Assembly (NCBI GenBank): GCA_951406725.2
Contig: OX597819.1
Coordinates: 62,372,001 to 62,436,000 of the forward strand
Source of the DNA: Octopus vulgaris
Lineage: Eukaryota
Length of the DNA stretch: 64,000 nt
Direction: 5' to 3'
Shown here one piece after another: positions 31,440 to 44,302 of the stretch. The notes under the pieces were generated by a model. It did not search any database and was not told the origin of the DNA. It saw nothing but the letters and a program-made list of their open reading frames with translations. Each line of letters opens with the position of its first letter. The first letter of the stretch is position 1. The translations under genes and the position numbers were made by a program.

Positions 31440-33215
31440 CTGCCCAGCTGGTATTAGAACACCTACAATGCTAGATGTTCTATATATATAACATTCACGT
31501 ATATTTTCATTACTGGTGACTTCAACTACCCTGAAATTGAATGGGAAACTTTTCGTTGGTAATAACACTTTGGACCTGCTTCTTACCACCACTCCTAGAA
31601 CTGTTATCAGTGTTGTGACAAAGGAACCTCTAAGTGACTCCATTCATGCTATGATCATTGCCAATCTGTCTCTTGTAGGCAGAAATAAGAAGCACCACCA
31701 CCTTCAAACCACTCGCTTTGACTGGAACTGTTCCCGTAAGGAGTTACGACACCTAAACTGGTTTGAATTTTACAATCCAGGAGATATCAATACTGTTTTT
31801 CAAAATATCTTCAGTGCAATCTGGACTGCATGTGAAGCATCACTACTGTACCAACTCTCTAGAAATAAAAACAATGTAATTTGGGAGACTGCAACAGTTC
31901 GACTTGCCAGGAAAGATCGTTGTGATGCTGAACAGAAATACACACAGCATAGAAAAGATGAGAGCAGAAGAAGATGCAACAGATCATCTAACCGACTCAA
32001 GCAAACAACGAAAAAGGTAATGCTTGAGTTTGAATGATATATAACAACTAGCAACTAGCCCTGAGAGCAAGGTGTTCTGAAAATATGTGTGTTCAAAACA
32101 GAGTTCTCACTCCCTAACTGGCCCTCTTCACGATCCCCACACAGGTCAGATGATTGATGAAGCCAAGGAATGCACTGAGTTTATTGCTGAATGCTATGCT
32201 GGCATTTTTACTCCTGATAACCCCAATGTATCTTCTTCACCAAATCTGACATCAAATTCCATAACATCTGTGAAATTCACCACCACAATGCTGTGACACC
32301 ACCTCAAGAATAAGCGCAACTAGGCCTCTCCTGGTCTTGATGGTGTAACTTATTTTCTTCTCAAATGTGGTGGGTTCTTTCTATTGCACCAGCTTTCTTC
32401 CTTTTGTCAATTCTGCTTTAACAACTGTATCACTTCAGAGCTCTGGAAAATTGCCATTGTTATTCCCCTGTTAAAAACAGGTGATCACACATCACCTGTC
32501 AACTACTGTCCAGTCAGCCTTACTAGCTGCATCGCCAAACTGATGGAGTCCTGTATCAGGGAAACACTCTGGAACTTTTGGTGCTCTCACAGCCTTATTT
32601 AGCCCTCACAATTTGGTTTTATCCCCAACTCTAGCTGCTGTAGTCGAGTTTCTTGAAGACATAACCTGAGTTATTGATGGCGGCTCATGGGTGGATACTA
32701 TCTATCCTGATTTTGCTAAAGCCTTCAAATCTGTACCACACAAACGACTCATGGTAAAAATCCCTGCAGTGAGTGTGAAGGATGATCCCTATAACTAGTT
32801 GAAGTCCTTCATTCTCGGACGGAAAGATGTAGCTACAGTTCTAGGACAACGTTCTTCACCCTACAAGATTACTTCTGGTGTACTACAGGGATCTGTTCTT
32901 GGACCCTTACTGTTGGTTGCATATATTAATGATATGGATGCCAATTTGAGGAATGTTTCAGTGCTGAAATATGCAGATGACACCAAGCTGTACCTTGAAA
33001 TAAAAAGAACAGATCTTATCTTGCAATCAGATCTGGATACAATGCAGCAGTGGACCTCTGACTGGCAACTCAAGCTAGCTGTAGACAAGTGTGTCACCAT
33101 GCATTTTAGGAGGAAAAATCCAGTCTTTACATACTCCCTCAGCAACACCAATCTCATGAAGTCTTCTAGTGGACATGATCTGGGTATTATTGTAAACATC
33201 AAATCAGGAAAAAAA
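31440..33215 (+). mobile_element. Decayed CR1/L2-like LINE (end of endonuclease plus RT)
   Basis: Broken frames with GDFN, LDLLLT, PGLDG, NYCPVSLTSCIAKLMES, DFAKAF..VPHKRL, GVLQGSVLGPLL and YADD. Confidence 0.88.
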
Positions 33216-33909
33216 TAAAGAAAACAAACTTATTAAAAAATATAAACAACGAGTGAATAATCTATGACAAAATGACGAACAGATATGCATCAGGTTTCTG
33301 CCCAGAATTTTTAAACAGAGCTTGTCCGCACACGAAAATTTTCGAAAACCAGATACCGGATACTCCAAACTGAATCAAACACTAGGCTTTTTGTCTTCTT
33401 TTTACAAAACATCAAACTGACTGATAGAAATCGGCAAAATATTAACAAGGAAAATTCCACAAACGAATTTAATGACGTCAGGAGTTAACTAACCAATCAG
33501 GATTGTTCATCCCAGATATAAGACTGTTCGAGGGCTACCAGAACAGAAAAACGAAATGAAATCGAAATATAAAATAAGGTGCATTTTGCTATCTAACTTT
33601 ATCTCGGTAACTAGCATTGTTTCTTTCTTAAATCCCAACGACAAAAGTACAGCATAGCTCCAGGTGTTTTCATCTCACATTAGTTGAGCACTGGTGTTGG
33701 TGTTATCAACTAGCTCCTCCCTTCAAATTGTGACATCGTGAATAAACTTTGGAGAATTAAAATGCATTTTCAATTATTTTTTTATGCTTGTATGCATTTG
33801 GAAAACAATAGCATTGGTTTGTACACACACACATACACAAACACACACATACAAACATATATATATATATATGTATATATATATGTATATATATATATAT
33901 GTATGTATG

Positions 33910-33944
<35 letters not shown>

Positions 33945-33959
33945 ATATATATATATACA

Positions 33960-33998
<39 letters not shown>

Positions 33999-34687
33999 AT
34001 ATATATATGTATATGGATATATCCCTAGGAGTATGTCGATAAAGCACGTCCACTGTCTATGGCTACCTGGTGTCATCCACGGTAATTACACAGTTGTAGC
34101 TGGATCTACTTCAGGAATTCCTCCGTACATGTTGAGAATACAACAAAAAGGATAGAGACGGAAAATAGAAAACAATAAAGTTCCGTGTATTCCATTTTCC
34201 GCCTTTGTCATTTGCTCTGAGTGTGTGTGTGTGTTTGTGTGTATGTGTGTGTGCATGTGTGTGCGCGTGTGTCTGTAATATTTTGGACTAATGGGTATAT
34301 GTCAATCAGATTATTGAGTAAAGCACGTTCACAGTTTGGGCTAGCTTGTGTTATCCACAGTTGGGTGATATTTCTGCTGGATCTACTTCAGGAATTCTGC
34401 AGTATTAGTTGAGATAATGATAATTAACAGAGGAAACGGAAGATTTGGTCCCAGTCTTTATTTCAGTACAACGATCGTTTCGACTCATCCTACAACTGCC
34501 CGATATGGGTAGAATTTTGGTACATCTCATTATATATAGTGGAACATCACCTTCTTTATGAATGTAAAATGATGAGACATAGACTGCACACATTCATGCA
34601 ACACAATTAGATGCAAAAAAACCCTACCCATAACGGACAGTTGCAAGATGAGTAAAAAACGATCATCGTACCCAATAAAGACGGTAC

Positions 34688-35440
34688 TTCATGGAAAGTT
34701 CCGAGGATTTCATGGAAAGTTACGGGGATGCCCCAACTTCCTTGAAAATCGCTCGGAAACTTCATGGAAAGTTCCGAGGATTTCATGGAAAGTTCTGGGA
34801 TCCCCCATACTTCGTGGAAAAACGGTCGGTTAACTTCATGGAAAGTTCCGGGGATCCCCCAATTTCCTGGAAAATCAGTCGGAATCTTCCTGGAAGTTCC
34901 GGGGATTCCCCCATTTCCTGGAAAGTTCCTGGAAAGTTGGGCTACCTTGTGTTATCCACAGTTGGGTGATATTTCGGAAAGTTCCTAGAAAGTTCCGAGG
35001 ATTTCATGGAAAATTCCCTTACTTCGTGGAAAAATGGACAGTTCCTGGGATTCTCCTGGAAAATCAGACGGAAATTTCATGGAAAGTTCCGAGGATTTCA
35101 TGGAAAGTTCCGGGGATTCTCCTACCTCCTGGGAAAACGGTCGGAAACGTCATGGAAAGTTCCGAATATTTCATGGAAAGTTCAGTGGATTCCCCACTTC
35201 CTGGAAAATTACTCGTAAACTTCCTGGAAAGTGCCGAGGATTTCATGGAAGGTTCCAAGGATTCCCCCTATTTCCTGGAAAACCGGTTTGAAACTTCATG
35301 GAAAGTTCCGAGGATTTTATGCAAAATCCAAGGATTTTCTAACTTCCTGGAACATTGTTTGAATACTTCTTGGTAACTTCCGACGAATTTCTAATTTACT
35401 GGAAAGTTGGTCGAAAACTTCCTGGAAGGTTCCGACGATG
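34688..35440. repeat. Complex minisatellite built on TTC(A/C)TGGAAAGTTCCGAGGAT
   Basis: More than 20 degenerate core copies with longer-range periodicity. A related patch at about 30270-30410. Confidence 0.85.
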
Positions 35441-36990
35441 AGCATACCTAAGACTAAGTAGTGCATGAATGAGTAAAGATTTAGGAAAAATGCCGAATTG
35501 GAAGGGCCCAGGGCCAGATTTAGTTCAAGGGTACTGGTTATAGAAATTTAATAGTTTACATGGAAGAGTGAGTGAACAACATCAGAATTGCATGAATGGG
35601 GGAGTCATAGCACATTGGATGACTAGAGGGAGAACAGTACTTATGAAAGACAAAAGCAAGGGTAATACAGCTATCAATTATAGACTAATCACTTGCCTAC
35701 CATTAGTGTGGAAGCTGGTAACAGGAATGCTTTCAGAAAGCATTTACGAGCACCTTGACGGTCAGAATTTGCTGCCGAAAGAACATAATGGTTGTAAGAA
35801 CAAGGCCTGGGAAACGCATGATCTATTATACATAGACAAAGCAGTTCTAAATGAAGTAAAATGAAGAAATAAAAAATTAACAATAGCATGAATAAATTAT
35901 AAGAAAGTCAATGACATGACCACACTCATGGATAAGTGAATGTATTCAGTATTGCAGGCAACTTAAGAGAATTAATTAGCTTTAGTATGAAGAAATGTAA
36001 AGTAGATCTTTACTCTGGTGACACAATCTTAGGAAAATTAATATCAAGAGAGGAATTTTTCAATGAGACACGTTATTCCCTTTAATAGTTGTCTTATGTT
36101 TAATCCCTCTCGGCTTAGCTAGAGTAGATATAGCCGCCTATGAAGGTAATAAAGAAGAAAGTTTACCAAGAGGTGCTAGAGTCACAGTAGGACATTGGGA
36201 AGCCAAAAAGCCAAATGAAGTTAAGAATTAGAAAAAAGAAAAAAATATCTGACTGGCTAGAGAAGGCTTTGCATGGTAGATTTCCAAAGCTTGTAGGAAA
36301 TAGTACTAGTGAGACATGGTTATGGTTGTAGAAACAAAGGCTGAAGTGGGAGACAGAAAGTTTGTTAGTAGCAGCACAGGACCAAGCATTAATGACTAAT
36401 GAGATAAAAGACAAGATAGGCAAAAACAGATACATCGTCAATGTCGGCTGTGTAAATCAAAAAGAAGTAAGTGCTACTCATATAGTAAATGAATGTAGCA
36501 TGCATTGAATACACAGACTGAATACAAGAAAATACACGACAACCTAGGGAGAGTAATCCATTGGGAGTTATGTAGAAAGCTAGTAGTTGACCATAATGAT
36601 AAATGGTATAACATGAACCTAGTAAAGTACTAGAAAGTAAGAAATATAAGATGGTGGACTTCAACATTCAGACAGAGAGATAGAAGCTAGAAGGCCTGAT
36701 TTAGTAGCAATAGAAAATAGAATGTGCCAGATAATTGATTTTACGGTCCTAAATGATGAGAAAGTCAGTATGAGAGTTATAGAGAAAATAAAGTACAAAG
36801 AGCTAACCATTGAATTATAGAGACTATGGAAAGGGCGGGTAAAATGTATCCCTGTGATTATAGGTGCATTAGGAACTATCCTTAAATATTTGAACAGATC
36901 GATAGTAGAAATAGGCACCTAGTTTAGTACAGAAAACAGTGTTCCTAGGGACAGTTAGAATACTTAGGTGGGTTCTTGGCATCTAAAGAG
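35440..36990 (+). mobile_element. Decayed RLE-type non-LTR retrotransposon (R4/Dong-like)
   Basis: NYRLITCLPLVWKLVTG, ETESLLVAAQDQAL, RRPDLV, IIDFTV and IPVIIGALG motifs across broken frames. Confidence 0.8.
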
Positions 36991-37089
36991 ACTTGTTGTA
37001 GCCGGATGTTAGGACTTTTCTTTCTCCAAAAGTTTAGTCTGTTGTGTGTATATGAAACAACAACAACAACAACAACAACAATAATAATA

Positions 37090-37300
37090 ATGCCATGGCA
37101 ATATAGCAAGGAGTGTCCATTGGACACTTTGCAACAAGTATGGACTTGACAGAGCAAAAAAGTGGTACGAACATAAAACCGAAGGCATCATCGAAAATAA
37201 TAACGCAAAGATCCTATAGGATTTTATGATTCGGTGCGACCATGAGATAGAGAATATGAAGCCAGACATAGTGTTAATTGAGAAAGAAAATAAACGATGT
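37090..37300 (+). mobile_element. Second R4/Dong-like fragment (RLE region)
   Basis: HGNIAR.VHWTLCNKYGL...KWYEH...KPDIVLIEK. Confidence 0.65.
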
Positions 37301-37513
37301 TCATTTTTACAATAAATTTGGTTCAGGGAGATAGTCAATGCCATCGACCCGCCCCCATAACGTTACTGGTATTCATTTTATTGGTCGCAAAAAGATGAAG
37401 GCAAAGCTAACTTGAGCAGCATTTACGAGTAAATTCAGAATGTAAAGAGCCAGAAAAAATTCAACAAACATTTTGTTGGGGGCGTTAACGATTCTGCCCG
37501 CTCGTGGATTTAC

Positions 37514-37549
<36 letters not shown>

Positions 37550-37550
37550 C

Positions 37551-37645
<95 letters not shown>

Positions 37646-37648
37646 CAC

Positions 37649-37705
<57 letters not shown>

Positions 37706-37975
37706 TCACTTCTGCTGCTGCTGCTAATAGTCTCTGGCCTAGGCGTTCGCCAGCAATAATTTCTGAGTAAGGAGTGGTAAGGAGTGAGTCGAACCATCCA
37801 TCGACTGCGGTACCTTGACTGGTACCTCTTTTATTGACCCCCGGAGAAATGAAATGCAAAGTTGTTCTGATGAGGTTTGAAACTAATAACGATATTAATG
37901 ATTTCTATCATTGGTACAAAAGTCTCACAGTTTTGAGAAGTGAAAGGTGCGCGCGCACACACACACAAACACACA

Positions 37976-38028
<53 letters not shown>

Positions 38029-38193
38029 CCAGAGATAGATTGATAGGTGGGTAGGTAGAGAGAGAGAAAAAGAAAGAAAGAGAGAAAGAGAAAGAGAGAG
38101 AGAGAGAGAAAGAGAAAGGGAGAGAGAACGAGAGAGAGAGAGAGAGAAAAAGAGAGAACGAGAGAGAAAGAGAGAGAGGAAGAAAGAGAGAGA

Positions 38194-38271
<78 letters not shown>

Positions 38272-39128
38272 CACGTTAGTATGAACGACACTCGTAACAT
38301 TTGCAAATTTTCTCCGACTCTAGGAGGCTTACATTCGGTATTAAAGTACTGCAAATTCACATTTGATTGAAAAAAGAAAAAAAAAGAAAAAGAAAAAGAC
38401 CGAAACAAAAAAGCAAAAGAAAAAAAAACAAAAACGAACCCAGACGCCGGAGGGGTTTTCAGTGAAACATCACTTCTCACCCCTGAGAAAAGTTAGTCGG
38501 AGAGACAGATAGAATAAGTTCTAGGCTTTATAAAACATAAGCCATGGGGTGGATTTGTTCGACTACACCCTTCAAGCTGGTGCCCCAGCATGACCGCAGT
38601 CAAAAGTAACTGAAACAAGTAAAGAAAAGAGAAAAACAACAAAAACAAACCCAGACGTCGGAAGGGTTTTCAGTGAAATATCACTTGTCATCCCTGAGAA
38701 AAAAGTCAGTCGAAGTGATTAGTTGAGAAGTTGGCCAATGAAGTACAGAAGGAATACAAGAAGAGGGTGAACCAAATATATTTGAGCGATGATGATACAC
38801 AGGCGACCACCTTTGGAAGATCATAAGCTTATTGTACCAGCAGAGAAATGTGATAAACTAAAGGCATCGTATGTCAATGTGCTAACGGTTATAGTATTGC
38901 TTACATGATGGTTTGCCAAACTATTTTACCAAACGGCCTTTTATATGGTTGCCGCCTGGAATGTTTCTATGTCTCACAGCTGCACCGTCCGAATATCTAA
39001 TTTAAATATCTAATTTTACTAATTCATTTACCACAGTGTATGTTTCTACACCGTTTTGGAATAGTTTACATTGAAATTATCTCTTAAAGTATTTACTTGG
39101 TTTCACGACTAGGGCCTAAGTAAAAACA

Positions 39129-39160
<32 letters not shown>

Positions 39161-39185
39161 CACACACATATATAAATATATATAC

Positions 39186-39238
<53 letters not shown>

Positions 39239-39264
39239 GTATGTGTTTATATATATGTATGTGT

Positions 39265-39298
<34 letters not shown>

Positions 39299-39301
39299 TA
39301 C

Positions 39302-39357
<56 letters not shown>

Positions 39358-39975
39358 CAAATAAGAAAATGGAGAAACAAATTTAGTTTGTTCATCAACT
39401 TACGTTAGATTATTTATTCATTTTACAAATGAAACATCAAAAGCATACAAAATATTATATAAATTAATAGATAAGATAATAATACAAATACAAATTTTAA
39501 AAGTCATATTATAAATTATTGAAATCCATAAACTACTTCTTACGGCTGTTTCAATTTTCATTTCCTATAGATGTCAACATATACGCATTTAAAAAAATAT
39601 AATACTTATATGTTAAAAGAACCATAGGCCTCGTCAGAGGTTATAATTAACTTTAAAAATATAATAATAATATTAATATACTAAACATGCAGCACGTATT
39701 ACTTAATATATACAAATAAACAATAAACAAATATCCATATATATATAATAGAAATATTAAAATTACTAAGTCTCTCTAAAAGAAAAAACGGCAGCGTTCC
39801 CGGAAAATATTAGTTATCGCCATACTAATATGGCATTCTTATAAAAATAAGAATAAAGCTGACCGCTTATTAGCTCCATGAGGCCATCGCCTTAAGTTAG
39901 CTATTTGATACACAAACTGTATCCATATAACCTTTGAACAAGGGAGGTCAGTCGCTCCACACTACTTGGCCGGCA

Positions 39976-40017
39976 GCTACAGACGCGTTTCGGGGTATTG
40001 CCCCTTTTCAATGCAGC
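39976..40017 (-). ncRNA. Minimal type-I hammerhead ribozyme, U3-A8 core variant (copy 1)
   Basis: GCUGCA-UUGAAAA-GGGG(CAAUA)CCCC-GAAA-CGCG-UC^UGUAGC. 6-bp helix I, 4-bp helix II, palindromic helix III. Confidence 0.75.
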
Positions 40018-40338
40018 GTAGCCAGACCAGTAGGTGTCGCTTCTGACAATCTCTGTTCAAAGGTTTTATTTACCTAGCTTCGGTGGAATACATCCACTTG
40101 TTTTCAATAATAGAAATATTAAAATTACTAAGTCTCTCTAAAAGAGAACAACGGCAGCGTTCCCGGAAAATATTAGTTATCGCCATACTAATATGGCATT
40201 CTTATAAAAATAAGAATAAAGCTGACCGCTTATTAGCTCCATGAGGCCATCGCCTTAAGTTAGCTATTTGATACACAAACTGTATCCATATAACCTTTGA
40301 ACAAGGGAGGTCAGTCGCTCCACACTACTTGGCCGGCA

Positions 40339-40380
40339 GCTACAGACGCGTTTCGGGGTATTGTCCCTTTTCAATGCAGC
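40339..40380 (-). ncRNA. Minimal type-I hammerhead ribozyme (copy 2)
   Basis: Same as copy 1 except one substitution at the top of helix II (GGGA/CCCC). Confidence 0.72.
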
Positions 40381-40754
40381 GTAGCCAGACCAGTAGGTGT
40401 CGCTTCTGACAATCTCTGTTCAAAGGTTTTATTTACCTAGCTTCGGTGGAATACATCCACTTGTTTTCAATAATAGAAATATTAAAATTACTAAGTCTCT
40501 CTAAAAGAGAACAACGGCAGCGTTCCCGGAAAATATTAGTTATTGTTCAAAGGTTATATGGATACAGTTTGTGTATCAAATAGCTAACTTAAGGCGATGG
40601 CCTCATGGAGCTAATAAGCGGTCAGCTTTATTCTTATTTTTATAAGAATGCCATATTAGTGATTTACTGCAAAAATAGGATTGAGATCTAGGCTTTGAGC
40701 TGGCCAATCCATAACAATAACCTTTTCAGCCTTGAGGAAGTTCATGACCACCTT

Positions 40755-42291
40755 AGAATTTTCACAGACAATAAATACATTATTAATTGGTATTGTCTGA
40801 GATTTTGGTGTAATTTGAGAGGATAATACAAAAGTTATGGATGATTTAGTGATTTACTGCAAAACCCAGGGCGGCCAAAATGATCAGAACAGTTGAAAAA
40901 GTAACAAAATAATCAAAAATGACAGAGAATACTGGAATTATTTCATATTTAGTGTGAAGCCCTTTAGCTTCAATCACACTCTGACATCTTCGACTGCATG
41001 AGGAAATTAAATTTTCAATTTCTTGCAGGGTGATCTTATTCCATTCTTCCTGAAGGGCATTCCATAATTGCTCAGTTGTTTTAGGATTTCTGGCTTTCGA
41101 ACGTTCTCCTAGAATATTCCACACATTTTCAATAGGATTGAGATCTAGGCTTTGAGCTGGCCAATCCATAACAATAACCTTTTCAGCCTTGAGGAAGTTC
41201 ATGACCACCTTAGCCTTGTGACATGGGGCATTGTCCTGCATGAATATGGGTGGTCGCTTAGTTGAATTTCTCAGCACAGGCAAGACATGATCTTTTACAA
41301 GTTGTTTATAAACTCCTTCATTTACCTTTCCATGTAATCGCACCAAAGGGCCCACACCATCTCCAGATATCATCCCCCAAACCATGACACTTCCTCCACC
41401 GAATTTAACACTAGTCTTAAGGCATTTAGGCGACAATTTTTCACCTACTTTTCTACTTTTCCCATCTGAGCCAAATAACATAAACTTAGATTCATCACTG
41501 AAATGCACCGTTTGCCATTTTTCTTGAGACAACAACACATGTTCGGTTGCAAAGGTAAGACGACACTTTTTATTATTGGAGCTGATCAGTGGCTTCACTG
41601 CAGGTGCTCTTGCTTGTAGGTCATGTTCAACTAAATGACGAGACACAGTTTTTCAAGATAAAGTTTTCTTCAATACAATGCTCATTTTCCGAGAAACAGC
41701 AGCAGCAGTTTTAAATCTGTCCTTTTTAACCAACTTTACCATAGCACGATCTTCTCTCTTGGTCGTTTTTCTTGGCCTACCTGTAAACTTTCTTGCTTCA
41801 CACGAACCACAATCATGGTAGACCTTAAGAATACCGTGTACAACACTTTTTGACTTGTTAACAATCTTTGCAATAGATCCACTACTTAAATTATCCTTTC
41901 TTTGAAGCTTAATAATCTGCTGACGAATTGATAACGGAGTAAGTGGCATTATATTAACAAAGTACACTGCAAATATTCTTACTAATGTTTAGTAAACGAA
42001 CCGTCACGTAAACAAATTCAAAACATTAGAGTTCGCCGGTTAAATATACTAAAACACGGAGTAAAAACAACCGATCTGATCATTTTGGCCGTCATGGGTT
42101 TTGCAGTAAATCACTAAATCATTCATAACTTTTGTATTATTCTCTCATATTACACCAAAATCTCAGGCAATAACAAATAATATTGTATTTATTGTCTGTG
42201 AAAATTATAGAATATAAAACAACTTTGATAAAAACTTATACTTACTTTTCTGACGAAAACAATGCCGTTCTGAACATTTTGGCCGCCACTG
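40755..42291 (-). mobile_element. Tc1-family (DD34E) transposon with long IR/DR-type TIRs; one outer end lost
   Basis: Terminus CAGTGGCGGCCAAAATG at 42291 flanked by TA. Inner direct repeat GGCCAAAATGATCAGA near 42075-42092. 42075-42210 is an inverted copy of about 40755-40890. Confidence 0.9.
40846..41967 (-). pseudogene. Tc1 transposase, frameshifted
   Basis: N-terminal HTH and GRPRKT in 41653-41967. FSDESKF, QDNAPCH and DLNPIEN (DD34E) in 40846-41646. Frameshift near 41650, and the usual stop after TKY is absent. Confidence 0.9.
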
Positions 42292-42483
42292 TATATATAT
42301 ATATATAGACCGGAGTAAACACATAAATGTGAAACAAGGTGGAAAAAAAAGAGTACTCAAAACAGTGGTAGAGTAATATATATATATATATATATATATA
42401 TAGCCCATCTTAGGGCTACTATTCCCTAAGTGAATAGTATGTAAGCTTTGCTTATGTACGTATATGTATGTATATATGTATTT

Positions 42484-42549
<66 letters not shown>

Positions 42550-42688
42550 TCGTTTCCAGCTGGGTACACTGGCAAGCGCTTAGACGATCCAGGTGTGAGA
42601 GTTCTTTTTTCTCACGGTCCCAGCGGGGTTTGAACCCGGATCACCGGCTCCAGAGGCGCAGGGCTACACGACTACGCCAATCTGGCAC
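42550..42688 (-). mobile_element. tRNA(Gln)-like head, probably a SINE rather than a functional tRNA
   Basis: TGGCGTAGTCG A box, GGTTCAAACCC B box, CT-CTG-GA loop. Imperfect stems, and no T-run terminator directly downstream. Confidence 0.5.
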
Positions 42689-43366
42689 AATGCTGATGAT
42701 GATGATTCACGGGTCCAAAAGGGAGCTAATCATCAATTGTCTTCGCGCAAATGTAAACTCAAGCCAAATGCATGTTACTGTATCTTGACCCTGTATGTAT
42801 GTGTAATAATAGCAGTAATTCTCATGAAATTGCCTTGTATAGTGAATAAGTGTATTTGTCATAAAATAAATAGCATTGGTAATTAGGAACCTCAGTTAGC
42901 AAGGTCAGATGCATCTATAAGGTCAGATGCACCCAAATACGATGGATATTTGTAGGTTTCTTTGTCTGTGTGTGTATGTTTGTGTGTATGTATGTGCAGG
43001 TATGTGTTTGTGTGTCTGTTGTGTATGTATGTTATTGTGTGTGTCCGTGGTGGATATATATGTTTGTGTGTCATAGAATGTAATACTGTGTGTCGGGAGA
43101 CAGACGAACTAAGACAATTGAAATGAGGCGACGTTTTAGTATCTATTGTTAGGCGCCATTGTTTAGTCATGATAATGAATACAGTGATAACTCAGCAAAC
43201 ATCATCTTTGTCATCATCTTTGTCATCATCGTCATCGTCATTATCAACGTCGTTATCATCATCGTGTCATCATCACCATCTTCACCGTCGTCGTCGTCGT
43301 GAACATCATCGTCATCATCGTCATCGACGTCGTCGTTGTCATCATCATCACCATCATCATCTTCAA

Positions 43367-43418
<52 letters not shown>

Positions 43419-44181
43419 TATTTTTTCAATTAATCTAATATCTTCTTGACAGGATTTCGTAACTGTTTATTGATACACCAATATATGTTTTCTCTCTGTC
43501 TCTCGCTCATCCTCTCTCTCTCTCACACACTCTCGCTCCCTCTCTCTAGCTCATCCCACCTCATATTTTTATCATGAGTTTCCGGTTTCGATCCCAGCAC
43601 GTGACAAACGTGTTTTTTCATCCACATCTTCAGGCTGGTCAATCAAAAGTCAATCTCCATTCGATTCGATCTCAGAATGTACAGAAATGTAATAACATAC
43701 TGCAAATAATTTAGCATAGCACACAACCATTTCTTCCCCAAAATACATTGAGAAAGACACACACAAGAAAGGAAAGTATCAATCTATCTTAATTGTCGTA
43801 AACCAAATACTGTCACTGCAACATCACCGAAAACTGTTATTTGGTATTATTTTGCGTTTCATAAAATACACTTTTCTACTATAAGCACAAGGGCTGACAT
43901 TTCTATAGGGAAGACGGTAAGTCGGTTACATCGACGTCAGTACTTAGATATAAGAATACAGACATGATAACAAAAGTTCACTATACAATTCTATATTTAA
44001 GAGATGAGGAATTATGTACATTATTTACATTATTTACATTATTTACATTATTTACATTATTTACATTTGACGGATATTTGTCCTCATCTTGTTTGTTGTT
44101 AACACAACGGGCATATGACGTAGTGGTTAAGAGCGCGGGTTACTAACCCCAAGATTCCGAGTTCGATTCCAGGCAGTGACT

Positions 44182-44236
<55 letters not shown>

Positions 44237-44238
44237 TG

Positions 44239-44302
<64 letters not shown>

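Larger units (their letters stand above)
39747..40543 (-). repeat. 362-363 bp tandem repeat (2.2 units), retrozyme-like
   Basis: Matching positions at 39751, 40113 and 40476. Units nearly identical, each full unit carrying a hammerhead motif. Confidence 0.9.

Noticed and set aside
34648-35376. Overlapping ORFs with MESSEDF/HGKFRG/SWKVP repeats
   Set aside because: Open in several frames only because the minisatellite lacks stop codons.
43169-43438. His/Ser-rich ORFs here and at 55761-56185
   Set aside because: Degenerate (CAT)n/(CAC)n low-complexity tracts without splice signals.
44110-44183. Functional tRNA gene
   Set aside because: The acceptor and anticodon stems pair poorly and it runs into an (AAT)n tract, so it is treated as a SINE-type head.
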